A stretch of 63,773 bases of DNA, the filler included, from Dimorphilus gyrociliatus (taxonomy: Eukaryota; Animalia; Annelida), in the NCBI GenBank assembly GCA_904063045.1. It is 5 parts of 5 records of this genome, joined end to end, with 100 filler letters (N's around TTAATTAATTAA, not from the genome) between each part and the next. Parts side by side here need not be neighbours in the genome. Positions count along the whole stretch, not along the records: positions 1 to 28,227 come from CAJFCJ010000145.1; 4 more parts are not named here. One strand, written 5' to 3'. The notes under the pieces were generated by a model that ran no database searches, had not been told where the DNA came from, and worked only from the letters and a program-made list of their open reading frames with translations. The translations under genes and the position numbers were made by a program. Positions 10,756 through 21,893 of this stretch are shown here, one piece after another. Positions within the stretch are counted from its first letter, which is position 1. Each line of letters opens with the position of its first letter.

Positions 10756-12015
10756 ATGGCGAATCTTTCAATATCTTTTCAACGGCAGACTGTATTTTCA
10801 AAGATCTGCAATCAATTGTTAAAATCATCTAATACTCTGAAGAGTGTTACTTTCAATAAGTGTAATATTAATGATAAAGAGGTTCGAGTTATTGCGGAAT
10901 TATTGAACAAATGTTCAAAAATTGAAACCATTAATCTCGGTTATAACGACAATTTAGGAAATGGATTTTCATATATTTGTTTAGAACTTGAAAGATCATG
11001 GAAAACGTTAAAAGAAATTAATTTTTCAGTATGCGATTTGGTCGATTATCAGTGTAGAAGCCTTTGTAGATTAATGGCTAATTGTTGTCATCTCGAAGCA
11101 ATCAGGCTAGAATGGAATAGAAAAATGATGATAAACAATATAGAAAGATTCTGTTTAAATGTTGAAAAATCAGCAAATACTCTAAAGGTAATGGATTTTG
11201 GTTATTGTAATCTAAACGAATTCCACTGCAATTATATTGGTGATTTATTATCTAGTTGCTCAAAAGTTGAAACATTCATTTTAGGCGGAAATACCAAGAT
11301 GAACACTGGCTTTTTGAGTATTTGTCAAGGACTTTGCAATTCATTCAATTGTTTAAAAGAGATTAATTTTGAACATTGTTCTTTAAGTGAAAAGCAATTG
11401 GTGTTTTTTTGTGATCTATTAGAAGGTTGTTGTCGAATTGAAAGAATCAATTTGATGGGAAATGTAAATGTAGGAAAGAATTTAAAGAGAATTTGTGACG
11501 AACTTGAAAAATCTTCAAATGTTTTGAAGGAAATCAATCTTTCATGGTGTAAATTGGAAAATCAACATGCCAGTTACATAGGAGATTTAATAATGAAGTG
11601 TTCAAATATTGAAAGTATCAACTTGGAAAGGAATGAAGATCTTGGAACAGGACCAATGAATATATTCACAAGCTTTGAAAAGTCTGTAGATACTTTGAAG
11701 GAAATCAATTTGTCAAAATGCAATTTATTAATTGATCAAAGTCTATATATTGGAAATTTATTGATGAAATGCTCTAGAATTGAATATATAAATCTATCTT
11801 ATAACAGAAATTTACGGCACGGATGGCTACATATTTTTAAAGGATTTGAACAGTCGGTAAATTCTCTCAAGTACATCAATTTGTCGTATTGTGGAATCGG
11901 CAACAAATATCATAAACGTTTCGGCGATTTCTTATTGGCAAGCCGCCAATTAAAAACTGTATCACTGGAAGGTAATTACGGTATGGATATGATGTGTTCA
12001 TTGATAAGACAGTGA
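10756..12015 (+). CDS. LRR-only paralog of the TRIM-LRR family (419 aa, intronless)
   Basis: About 14 alternating 29/28-aa LRRs with the same consensus (IExINLxxN...ICxxLEKSxNTLKEINLSxCNL...IGxLLxKCS). No RING or B-box. ATG in AAAATGG context. Confidence 0.88.
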   Translation: MANLSISFQRQTVFSKICNQLLKSSNTLKSVTFNKCNINDKEVRVIAELLNKCSKIETINLGYNDNLGNGFSYICLELERSWKTLKEINFSVCDLVDYQCRSLCRLMANCCHLEAIRLEWNRKMMINNIERFCLNVEKSANTLKVMDFGYCNLNEFHCNYIGDLLSSCSKVETFILGGNTKMNTGFLSICQGLCNSFNCLKEINFEHCSLSEKQLVFFCDLLEGCCRIERINLMGNVNVGKNLKRICDELEKSSNVLKEINLSWCKLENQHASYIGDLIMKCSNIESINLERNEDLGTGPMNIFTSFEKSVDTLKEINLSKCNLLIDQSLYIGNLLMKCSRIEYINLSYNRNLRHGWLHIFKGFEQSVNSLKYINLSYCGIGNKYHKRFGDFLLASRQLKTVSLEGNYGMDMMCSLIRQ

Positions 12016-12292
12016 GAGCTTAGGCCAGTAAATGCAACATCAGATAGGGCTTGCCAATCAATGTTTGGTTGGCAAACACTTAATTAAGCTCAAGACCAAA
12101 CAATTAGGTCTAAAAATTTTACCAATGATGATGATTGATAGATAGTTAGTTAGTTTTTTCACAAATCCTACTCTGGCTAATTGATTGATTGATAGACTGA
12201 TTAAAATAGATAGCGTTTTTTGTTTTTTTTCAATACATATTGTACAAAGTTCAAAAGGCAACTAGGTACATTTTGTTCAAAGACTAATTACC

Positions 12293-13383
12293 ATGAATCT
12301 ATTAACTTTAACAATTCTATTCCTAATTGCCTATATTAGTTTTAAAGTTTACAATTATTACAAGAAATTTTCAACAATTAAGGATTTAAAGTCAAAATAT
12401 GTCCTGATTACCGGATGCGATAGGGGTTTTGGTAAACTTACCGCCGAAAGACTCCATTCCAAAGGTGTTAATGTAATTGCCGGTTGCTTAACTGAGAATG
12501 GAAGAGAGGCGTTAGAAAAGCAAGGAATTCGTAGTATTCTATTAAACGTTACTGACGAACGGAGTATAGATAAGGCGGTTGATTGTGTAAAAGAAATATT
12601 ACCGAAAGGCTTAGGTCTTTGGGGTTTGATAAATAACGCTGGAATCCTAGAATTGATTGCTCCCAACGATTGGCTACAAATATCAGATTATAAGAAAGTA
12701 ATAGACGTCAATACAATTGGTCTAATAGGCGTTACGTTAAAATTCTTACAATTGGTGAAGAAGGAACAAGGTAGAATTGTTAATATGGCTAGTTTAGCTG
12801 GTAGAATAGCACCAGATAGTCTTGGACCTTACACAACGTCAAAATTCGCTGTTGAAGGTTTTACAGATTGTTTAAGGTTTGTTAATGTTGTTTTATTAAT
12901 CGGAAACAAAGAATTTCTTATTCGATAGGAGAGAAATGAAGAAATGGAACGTTTCCGTTCACATAATTGAACCGAATTCATTCAATACAGCGATTATAAA
13001 CGTTGGAGAGAATTTTATTAAAAGATTTCAACAGATAGATGATAAAATTAGACAAGATTACGGAGAAGAATATCCTAAACAATGTAAGAAACTGCAATAA
13101 ATACTGCATTAAATTTTTTCTATATTAATAATTTTTCTATAAATCTACATTTTTAGTTATGGAAATGTATGATAAATTGATTGAATCAACTGTAGCCCAA
13201 GATCTTAGTCCAGTGATTGACGCTTATCTTCATGCAATTTTATCAAGATATCCAAAAATTAGATATACTTGCGGTAAATTTTCCTATATACAAGGTTTAA
13301 TAGGCAGTCACCTACCTGATTGGTTAATTGATTATACGTTGGCTAAGTCAACAACGTTTCCGAAACCTTTAAAAGCTCAATAA
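12293..13383 (+). CDS. Short-chain dehydrogenase/reductase, retinol dehydrogenase/17-beta-HSD6-like; 3 exons
   Basis: N-terminal hydrophobic anchor, TGCDRGFG, NNAG and YTTSK motifs. Exons 12293-12876, 12929-13083 and 13157-13383 join in frame (CLR-REMKKW...IEP). Confidence 0.92.
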
Positions 13384-13676
13384 AATATTCAAGATAGGAG
13401 ATGATGACGATGATGATGATGAATTTTTGTTGTTGTTGTTGTTACTATAGCAATAAATCCCCCTATGAATTATCTATCTGAAATATTCCATCATAAGAGA
13501 AGGTTGTACCACATAATTAATATCTGTCTAACGGTCTATAGACAGTAAATATTTATTTTGGGTAATGAACTATTAATTTCTGTTTGGTGAAGCTTTTTCT
13601 TCATTTACGTCAAGTGAATATACCGCATAGAGGTATTGTCTATTGGCAAGTCTCTCTCTCTCTCTCTGTGTCAGAA

Positions 13677-14594
13677 ATGAATAATTCTACTGTAGATTTC
13701 ACTACTGCAAATGTAAAAACCTCCGAGATAGTAATCGTTAATACGTTTTACTTTCTATTCTTTATTCTGGGTGTTACGTTCAATGGTATCGTTTTAATTG
13801 TTATTGTTTATAATTACAAACAACTGAAAGATACTATTGTTATATTTATACCTGCAATTACAATTTGCGATCTATTGACATGCGTTTGGAGTTTGGCAAG
13901 AATGTTTGTAGGATCATTGTATAGATACGAGAGTTTATCACCTCTCTTATGCGTATTTATGAATCTATTTCAATCGATAATCTATGTAGAATCTCAATAT
14001 TTTCTATTGTTTATCTTTATATATAAATATATTATGATTAAATATCCATTTCATTTTGAAAATTATCTCAATTTAAAGAGATCCTTTATCGTTGTTCTAT
14101 CTATTGTATTATTCTCATTTAGCGTATGTCTATTTCCGTCTTATGTAGCGTTTCTTGGTGTTGGAAAGAGCAACATTTGCCAAGGACACATGGCTTATGA
14201 ATACGAATATTATTTAATCTATTTTACATTTTTTCTACCAGTTATTATTGGAAGTTTAATATTTCATATTAAAATATTAAAGATTGCTAAACACCATGCG
14301 CTGGATATTGAAAGGCAGACTAGAAGAATGAAAAACGTTTCTAAATCCTCCAAAGCCACACTTTTCCAATTGTGCTTAATACTTTTTCTATGGTTGGCCT
14401 ATTCAACATGTACAGTTCACTTAATCTATAATTATAATGTTGGCCTAGTTAAATTATTAGCGTGCGTAGATTTTCTCATATTGCTGCAAGCAGTTGTCAA
14501 TCCAGTAATAACAACATTCGGTAATACACCAATAAAAGTAGCAATTATACAATTTTTTAAATTAGAACAAAGTGCCGTGGCTGCCGTTGAATAG
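13677..14594 (+). CDS. Class A (rhodopsin-like) 7TM GPCR, orphan, atypical motifs (305 aa)
   Basis: Seven hydrophobic segments, N-terminal NNS sequon, TM2 DLL, KYxxIxYPFH after TM3, TM7 NPVI. True ATG is probably 13677. Confidence 0.85.
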   Translation: MNNSTVDFTTANVKTSEIVIVNTFYFLFFILGVTFNGIVLIVIVYNYKQLKDTIVIFIPAITICDLLTCVWSLARMFVGSLYRYESLSPLLCVFMNLFQSIIYVESQYFLLFIFIYKYIMIKYPFHFENYLNLKRSFIVVLSIVLFSFSVCLFPSYVAFLGVGKSNICQGHMAYEYEYYLIYFTFFLPVIIGSLIFHIKILKIAKHHALDIERQTRRMKNVSKSSKATLFQLCLILFLWLAYSTCTVHLIYNYNVGLVKLLACVDFLILLQAVVNPVITTFGNTPIKVAIIQFFKLEQSAVAAVE

Positions 14595-15200
14595 AGAAAA
14601 TTTATGCAAAACAATCAAAAATGTTTGTCACTTAAAGCGTCTTTTTTTTGTATTTTATTGAAAAATATTATTTGAATTGGTGTAATAAAGCAATTTCTAC
14701 AATTTTATGAGAGCGATATTTAACAACAATTGAACAAATTTCAATTCTTTTAAACCATTTGCAGAACTTTCAAGTTCGTGATTGGAAGATCCTAACCCTA
14801 ACCCTGTTTGTTAGTTCCTTGAATGAAACATGAAATAGGCCTTTCGAGTATTCAATCATCAAAGTGGAAATACTGGAAAAAAACCGATTATCCCTAAAAT
14901 TGTATAATCATTAAGGGTAGTATCATCAAGATGTTCGTAAATGGATTAAGATTACTAATAGAGTATTCACCAATCATAAAATATTTCTAACATTCTAAAA
15001 ACTACGAGGTTTGTCAACTTTTAACTCTGGACAAAAATAATCGTACATTCATTTATGATAATAAAGTGAATTAGATCAATTTTTGTATTTTACAATTATT
15101 CCTCTTTAATCTCTTTATTTCTCTCTCTCTCTCTCTTTATATATATATATATATATATATTTAAATGACATGCATTCAGCATTGACAATTCATAAACACG

Positions 15201-16131
15201 ATGACTAAATGGTTTGTATTTGCGTTTGATCTTCTGCTTGTTTTTCAAGCATATTCAAGTAATACGTAAGTTTTCATTATGGTTTTATCCCCTTTGTTAC
15301 ACTTTATTCTTTCTAAAAATGAAAACAATGCAGGAATGAAATACATAAGAATTTATTAATTGACTACAACAAGTATTTGAAACCTTCTGGACAAGTTAAT
15401 GTCTCTTTTGGACTCACTTTGAATAGAATAATATCTATTGAGAAGGATATTGTAGCTTTTAATATATGGGAAACGTTTGTAAGTTTTTAAATGCATTTCA
15501 TCATAGACAGAGATTCTAGAGTATTGAATTGTATTATACACTGTATATAGGTTTGGAAAGATTCTAGATTATCCTGGTCCCGAGAGGCGTATAACTTAAG
15601 TGATATTCGTATACCTCCCAATCAAATTTGGACTCCTGATATTGTACTTTACAACAAGTAAAATCGTCATTATTTTCCAGTTCAAATGTTTGTCATACTG
15701 TTCAATCTTTTTGACAGAGCAGACAAAGGTTATCAACTTTCAGACGTTTCCTTAGTAATCTATATTGACGGAAATATTTTTTACGTCAATCCAAAGTTGA
15801 ATAAAGTAATTTCATTAATTTTAATAATCATAAATACTAAATTAATTAATTTTCACTTAATCCAATTCAGGTCAAATGTGAATTGAATAAATTAGAAAGA
15901 GGAGATGAATATAATTGCACATTTAAATATGGATCATGGACTTATACCGGAAATGATATGGGTTTAAAAGAATACAACAAAGGAAAGATAGATTTAAGTT
16001 CTTACGATGGTAAACATAAAATCGTTTCGAATGAAGGAAAAGTCAATGTAAAAGTGTATGAATGTTGTCCTGAATCTTTTACAGATATTACGTATAATCT
16101 AAGATTTTTTAAACAAAGGAAAAATGTATAG
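15201..16131 (+). CDS. AChBP: Soluble acetylcholine-binding protein (Cys-loop ligand-binding domain only); 5 exons, 221 aa
   Basis: Exons 15201-15265, 15334-15478, 15551-15657, 15718-15805, 15871-16131. Signal peptide, WTPDIVLYN (loop A), GSWTY (loop B), YECCPESF (loop C), hydrophilic C-x12-C loop. Stop directly after the LBD, no TM helices. Confidence 0.9.
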
Positions 16132-16241
16132 AAATATTACAAAAACATTTTCATTTATCTTCATAAAAAATAAAAGTGATAGAGTGTGCATTGTTCAAAA
16201 TTTTAAGCCTATTATTTAGAAGGAAAAGGTGACAAACAAGT

Positions 16242-17141
16242 TTAACATTTAGGTGAAAAAAATTTGATTAAATTCTTTCTAAATGATACTTGGAATAAAA
16301 TGTAGATAAAGAAATTTGAAGAATTATTAATAAGATATAAATGATGTAGAATTAAATTTGTTGGTAATATTGAAGTAATTTCAAAGGCAACTGGAAACCA
16401 ACTGAGTAGATATACTGTTGTAACGCCAAACAGCATTATTGCAGTTTTAATACTTTTAGTAAAACGTTGAAAATCTGTTTTCATGTTATCTTGAATATTA
16501 ATTTGATTTTTCTTCAATTTTATACTCCTTAGGAAGACTACTTTAAAAATTAAGCCATAAATTGAATACAAGATAATCAGAGCCGATATAAAAACGAAAA
16601 AGATAAGGTGTCTATGAACTTTAAAAACTAATCCAGGTACTGGAAAACAATTCTTCAATGTGCAACCATCGTATCTTTTACCATTTCTGACTTTGTATAA
16701 TAAAGCGTTAAATGCCCCAGCAACCAATCCTGATAATCCAATTGATATAAACATGTTCTTGATATGCTTTTCATAAAGTCTTGTAAATGGTCTACAAATA
16801 CAAAACCACCTTTCAATAGCAACAAATACAAAGGTAAATGATGAGCTAACCAACAGAAAATGATAGAGAAACATAGTAATTTTGCAAATGATGGTATTTT
16901 TAATAAAACCAAATTCCAGAATTATAATATAAGGACCACAAGATCCACATATGACTATATCAATAATTGCTATACCTTTTATAAATAGATCATTAGGATT
17001 AAAGGTTTTTTTGAAATCATAAAAAAATAATATTAGAAAATTTGAAATTATTCCAGTGATTATTGTTATTAAAACATAAATTAAAAATGGAATAAATTGC
17101 ATTAAATCTATTCCAGTTTTGCAGAATGTTCCATTTTTCAT
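16242..17141 (-). CDS. Class A (rhodopsin-like) GPCR, peptide-receptor-like, intronless
   Basis: TM3 AIERWFCICRPF, TM2 DIVIC, TM6 SWFP, TM7 NFFIY. Likely start MKNGT at 17141. Confidence 0.88.
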   Translation of the reverse strand: MKNGTFCKTGIDLMQFIPFLIYVLITIITGIISNFLILFFYDFKKTFNPNDLFIKGIAIIDIVICGSCGPYIIILEFGFIKNTIICKITMFLYHFLLVSSSFTFVFVAIERWFCICRPFTRLYEKHIKNMFISIGLSGLVAGAFNALLYKVRNGKRYDGCTLKNCFPVPGLVFKVHRHLIFFVFISALIILYSIYGLIFKVVFLRSIKLKKNQINIQDNMKTDFQRFTKSIKTAIMLFGVTTVYLLSWFPVAFEITSILPTNLILHHLYLINNSSNFFIYILFQVSFRKNLIKFFSPKC

Positions 17142-18262
17142 CACAACCAACTGCAAATTCAAAAAGAAAATCGAAAATATATACTGTATAAAATTGGTTT
17201 TATACTGCAAAAGTAAGTAAACAATCTGTGACGTAACGGAAAGTTTTCTAATGTTTTTTTTAATGTATAGATTAAAGTGGGAAGAAGCTATTGTATTCTT
17301 ACTTTGATGTAGTATCTAATAAAATTACTCTTAATTAGACACAATTAGGCAAGATAGCAGACACTGTACAAAGTTGTTTTTAAAGTTACTATAAGCTCTT
17401 TACACACCTTGGCAGGTAGATAGAACACTTGTAACACTTGCGTTTTTTCCTAAATATAGCTTTGTAAGTCAGATTGTTATCAGTTGTGATAAGAACTTCC
17501 GGCTATGGCCATTGAAGGTAAAGCTCTCTCCTTCTCTCTCTCTCTCTCTCTCTCTCTCATTCAATAAGCGATAATTGACAAAAATATGCATTCTGTTTTT
17601 AGAACACATTTGGATGTAGGATTCAGAGTTTCACCTCAAGACTATAAAAAAATGAATGGTCTTATTGATAACATTGCCAAAAAAAGAATACATAAGATTA
17701 CCAGAAAAGTAGCAGAAAAGCTTCAACTGGCATTAATGGATACATTTTCAAGGCATCTATAAAGAACAGAGTTGGAGACCAATGTTGATTGATAGATGTC
17801 AATGATGTATTGAAATCTGAAATACCTACTTGACCAAATTAATCAATATTAAGATGGAGTTATAACCCTATTTACTATCATCCTGGCCACATATCCCAGA
17901 TATTCAATGTAGATATAAAAATGTAAAATTGTTTTTTAGCTAAGCCTAACAGACAAGCAAACCATTAAAATATGATATAGTTGGCACAAGTCCAAAACTT
18001 TAAAAAGTTAAGGTTGTTCACCTCTTATTATTTTGGCTGGTATCTCTAACAGGGGACCGAGAAAATAATATCCTAAAGGGTAGACTTTTTAGAGTTAGAT
18101 TAGGGACAATTTTAGGGTTAAAATATTGAAATTACTTTTCTTTAGCCTAAAATTAAACTGAGAATTAGGAAGAACAAAAGGAAGGTAAATTTGTTTATTG
18201 GTAGGGTTAGGATGAAAATCCAACAACTAGGGCATTTTTCTTTTCACACCAGCAATAATATA

Positions 18263-19910
18263 CAGTACGGGTAACCTATTTTTGAACGCCCAGCTATTTT
18301 CTATAATAGTTAAAATATTTTTTCTATAACATTAATTTTACAATCGAATAATTAGATATGTCAATTATCTCTTTGCACACAACAGATTCAACTAGTTAAA
18401 TTTTTAAATTTCACTGTTTAAATAACAAAAAAAATTTTATTCTGAAAATGTCACAAAAAGTGCCCGATATCCTATTTTTGAACTTTATGAATTCTGATAA
18501 AAATGTTGTTAGAAAAGGTAAGAAATATGTTTATTTTTACATTTTATTAACGTATAGATTATATTACTTCAAATAATCACTTTTTCTTTTTCTTTAATAT
18601 CTTATATTATATCCTTTATTTTTCCAACATAATCTGGCTCTTTTATGGAAGCTTTTGTATAAATTTGCAATATACCAATTTGGTATGTTATTAAATTCCT
18701 CTTCTACTGCCCTCCACAAATCATCTTTTGTCTGCAAAACATGGGTTTGCAACCTATTTTTTAAGTAAGCCCACAAATTTTCAATAATGTTCAATTCTGG
18801 GCTTCTGGATGGCCAGTCTTGTAAAACTGTTATATTGTTTCTCTCAAGAAATGTCCTTGTAGATGCCGATGTATGACATTTGGCACCATCCTGCATAAGC
18901 AGGTTGTCTGGCTCAAACATTGGAAATAGCTTCTCCTCAAGTATTTCTTGGTATAAATTGCTGTCCATATACCCATTATATAACTTTATAGCTCTTGTCC
19001 CATCAGCTTTTATACACCCCCATATTGATATTGATGAATTTGCTGTTCGAACAGCTTTTTTGGTGTATTTTGGATCATACCGTTTATGACTCCCCCTATG
19101 GACCCAAATTCTTCTTTTTGGATACAATTCAATCCGACTTTCATCGGAAAATATAATTTTGTTTACATCTTCTTGACTCTTATTTAACATAGACAAACAA
19201 AAAGATTTTCTATTTCTTGCATGGCAAGGTTTTAGCGCTGGCTTACTTGTTGCAACATAGCTTTTAAGGTCGTTTTTTTGCAAAATCTTTTTGCATGTCG
19301 ATAGAGAAATTTTGGAACCTAATCCTGAATGTTCAAGCACATTCCTTGCCGTTAGAAATGGATTTCTCTTTGAAATTTGGCAAATTTTTCTCTCTTCCCT
19401 TTCTGTTAAAATCTTTGGGGTACATAGTTTCGATAGATTGTTAATAGTTCCATGTTTCTCAAATTTTTTTGTTATGTAGTGGACAGATCCCTTTGAAATT
19501 TTTAATTGTTTTGCAATTTCGTTCATTGACATCTTCTCCTTCCTCTTTTCCAACACTAATTTTCTCATGTCCAAGCTTATTTTTGGCATTTTTAACTTTT
19601 TTAAAATTGTTATCCTACTTTGATTCTTGACATAAATTGTCATGTGGGAAAGCAAAAAAATTTGGTCATTTTCGTAAATTTTTAATTATTGTTCAAAAAT
19701 AGGATATCGGGTACTTTTCACGATTTTTTCATAATAAAAATTTTTTGTTATTTAAACAGTAAAATACAAAGATTTAATTAATTGAATATGTTGATTACAA
19801 AGTCACAATTGCCATGTCTAATTGTTGGATTGTAAAATTAATGTTAAAGAAAAAATATTTTAACTAATATAGAAAAAAGCTGGGCGTTCAAAAATAGGTT
19901 ACCCGTACTG
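18263..19910 (-). mobile_element. Tc1 family 1 copy B (1648 bp, complete, inverted relative to copy A)
   Basis: Same termini and IR/DR structure as 15-1662, TA on both sides, only a handful of differences from copy A. Confidence 0.97.
18594..19589 (-). CDS. Intact Tc1 transposase, DD35E (331 aa)
   Basis: Open from MPKISLD to GYNIRY-stop. FSDES, QDGA and NIIENLW present, with 35 residues between the second D and the E. Confidence 0.95.
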   Translation of the reverse strand: MPKISLDMRKLVLEKRKEKMSMNEIAKQLKISKGSVHYITKKFEKHGTINNLSKLCTPKILTEREERKICQISKRNPFLTARNVLEHSGLGSKISLSTCKKILQKNDLKSYVATSKPALKPCHARNRKSFCLSMLNKSQEDVNKIIFSDESRIELYPKRRIWVHRGSHKRYDPKYTKKAVRTANSSISIWGCIKADGTRAIKLYNGYMDSNLYQEILEEKLFPMFEPDNLLMQDGAKCHTSASTRTFLERNNITVLQDWPSRSPELNIIENLWAYLKNRLQTHVLQTKDDLWRAVEEEFNNIPNWYIANLYKSFHKRARLCWKNKGYNIRY

Positions 19911-20770
19911 TATTATCCTACTGTGTAACACAAACATCTTTTATATGAAAAGTTTAACAATTATACAGAAAATTAGCAGAAAACAAAGAAAAGTATATTA
20001 GAATATTGGAAGCAAAATATTCAGGTTATGGTAACAATTTGAAATGCTTCAATGACATCATTGGATTTACTTGATAGGGCTTCTGACATTTATACCCTAA
20101 TCTATAATATCTTTGTTCTTCAATATAATTATAATGTTGTCAATTATTATTGTTCTGCTCTTTGCTTGGTCAACTTTATGAGTTTGCAGGTCACAACAGG
20201 CTGCTTCTACTCCATATTTATTTTTAGTACAAGGTGAAACATTTAGGTAGGCTTATTGAATTTACGGTTAGCCACATCTTAAAAGGGCTAATTGAATTAT
20301 GTCTTGGCCACACACAATAAAAGATGGGCCTCTGGGATGACTAATTGGAACACAATTTGAATAAATCCGCTTGTTAGTTGGATTGTGTATAGTAATATAA
20401 TTTAAGCATAAATGATAAGAAAAGTTGTAAATTACTGTTATTACTCTTTTTTTAGAAAGAAAGCTTTTGATATGAGCCCAAGAACACCTGGCCTGTCAGT
20501 TAGTATAAAACTACCGCACCTTAAACCATTCGCCATTCTGTTCATCAAATTTTAGACTACACGCCATCTGTGAACACTTTTTACCTGAGAGAGTTCAATG
20601 GCTAAAGCAAGAGAAAGCTGTCAATGCTAACATTTTTTTTGCTTGGCAAGTTGTAACCTAACATCTTAACTTGTTAGGCCTTTTTGTTTTATTTGAAAAC
20701 TGAAATTATTATAGGCCTTGTGTTATTATTTTGTTTAGGAGAGAAGTCATTGTTGTAATTCTGAAAAAGT

Positions 20771-21893
20771 ATGTCAATAATAAGACAATGGTGCACTATT
20801 TCTTTTTGTATAATAATAAGTGTATTTGGAATATACATGAGTCTGCAGATCTGTTCAGAGGAGGAGGATTACGATGATACAGATAATGAAGGAATATTAC
20901 AAACTGATAAGGTATTTTAAAAATAAATTTCGGAAAATAATCAGAATTTATTGGGAATAATTTTACATGCAGAATATATTAACTAAATTGGATAAAACGC
21001 AATTATACGTCTTGTGTCTACCAGAAAAAGGATTTGCTAATACCATAAGGTCTTTGATTGCTTGTAAAATTCTATCTGAAGTCTTAAATAGAACTACACT
21101 AATTTATCCAAATATTCCAAAACGAGAATGCTCCCTTGAAACTTTTTTTTATCTCAACTCTATTCGAGTTATTGATAGTGAAAAATTGACTCTTCCTAAA
21201 TTTCCTACTTATAGAATTCTTTATTCTAATGTAACCTATATTGAAGAGCTAATGGGTAATAAAGAAAAAATTTTTGCTGTAAGCAGCTTTAATTACTTTT
21301 TAAAGATAGAAACATTGTCTAGACTGAAACTTTCAAAAAAGAAATTCAAGAAATCAAGACTCGATATTAACGTGTTTTTAGAATATTTTGAGAGACTTTT
21401 TAAACCGAAGGAATTACTCTTAAATGAGCTTTCGATGCATTTAAACACTTTTAGGAAATACAAAACGATCAATTGTATTCAATTTAGAACTGGCTGGACT
21501 GAACATGATCACCCCAGGAAATGGACAGAGAAATGCATTAGGGACGCCTTAAATCTTAAACGAATTGCATCCACCGAAAAAGATTCATCACTCCTTTTCG
21601 TTACGGTGGATAGTTTTATTTTGAAGCATTTTATCAAGAGCACTGCAAAATATCCCGTATATTTTGTCGAAGGCGTACCAAGTCACTACAGAGATATACA
21701 TTCATCTTGTCAATTAATTTTAAATATATATACGGAATTCTTCCTCTTACGACAGTGTGGCGAGGTGTTGGTAAGTGATAGTTCAACATATGGAATGTAT
21801 GGAGCTGCAAGAAGTTTTGCTAAGAACAGAGTGTCAATAATGAAATGCGTTAACAACACTTTATCACATAGAAGAAGCAGAATGTGGGTATAG
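20771..21893 (+). CDS. Type II membrane GT-B glycosyltransferase, fucosyltransferase-like (alpha-1,6/O-FucT/NodZ-type motifs); 2 exons, ~353 aa
   Basis: Exon 1 (20771-20911) encodes a short tail, TM helix and acidic stem. Exon 2 runs from 20973. Motif-like segments KGFANTIRSL, CIQFRTG, FVTVDS and EFFLLRQC...SSTYG. Confidence 0.7.

Noticed and set aside
14791-14804. Interstitial telomere or chromosome-fusion scar
   Set aside because: Only 2-3 units, scattered at many sites; better explained as part of small dispersed repeats.
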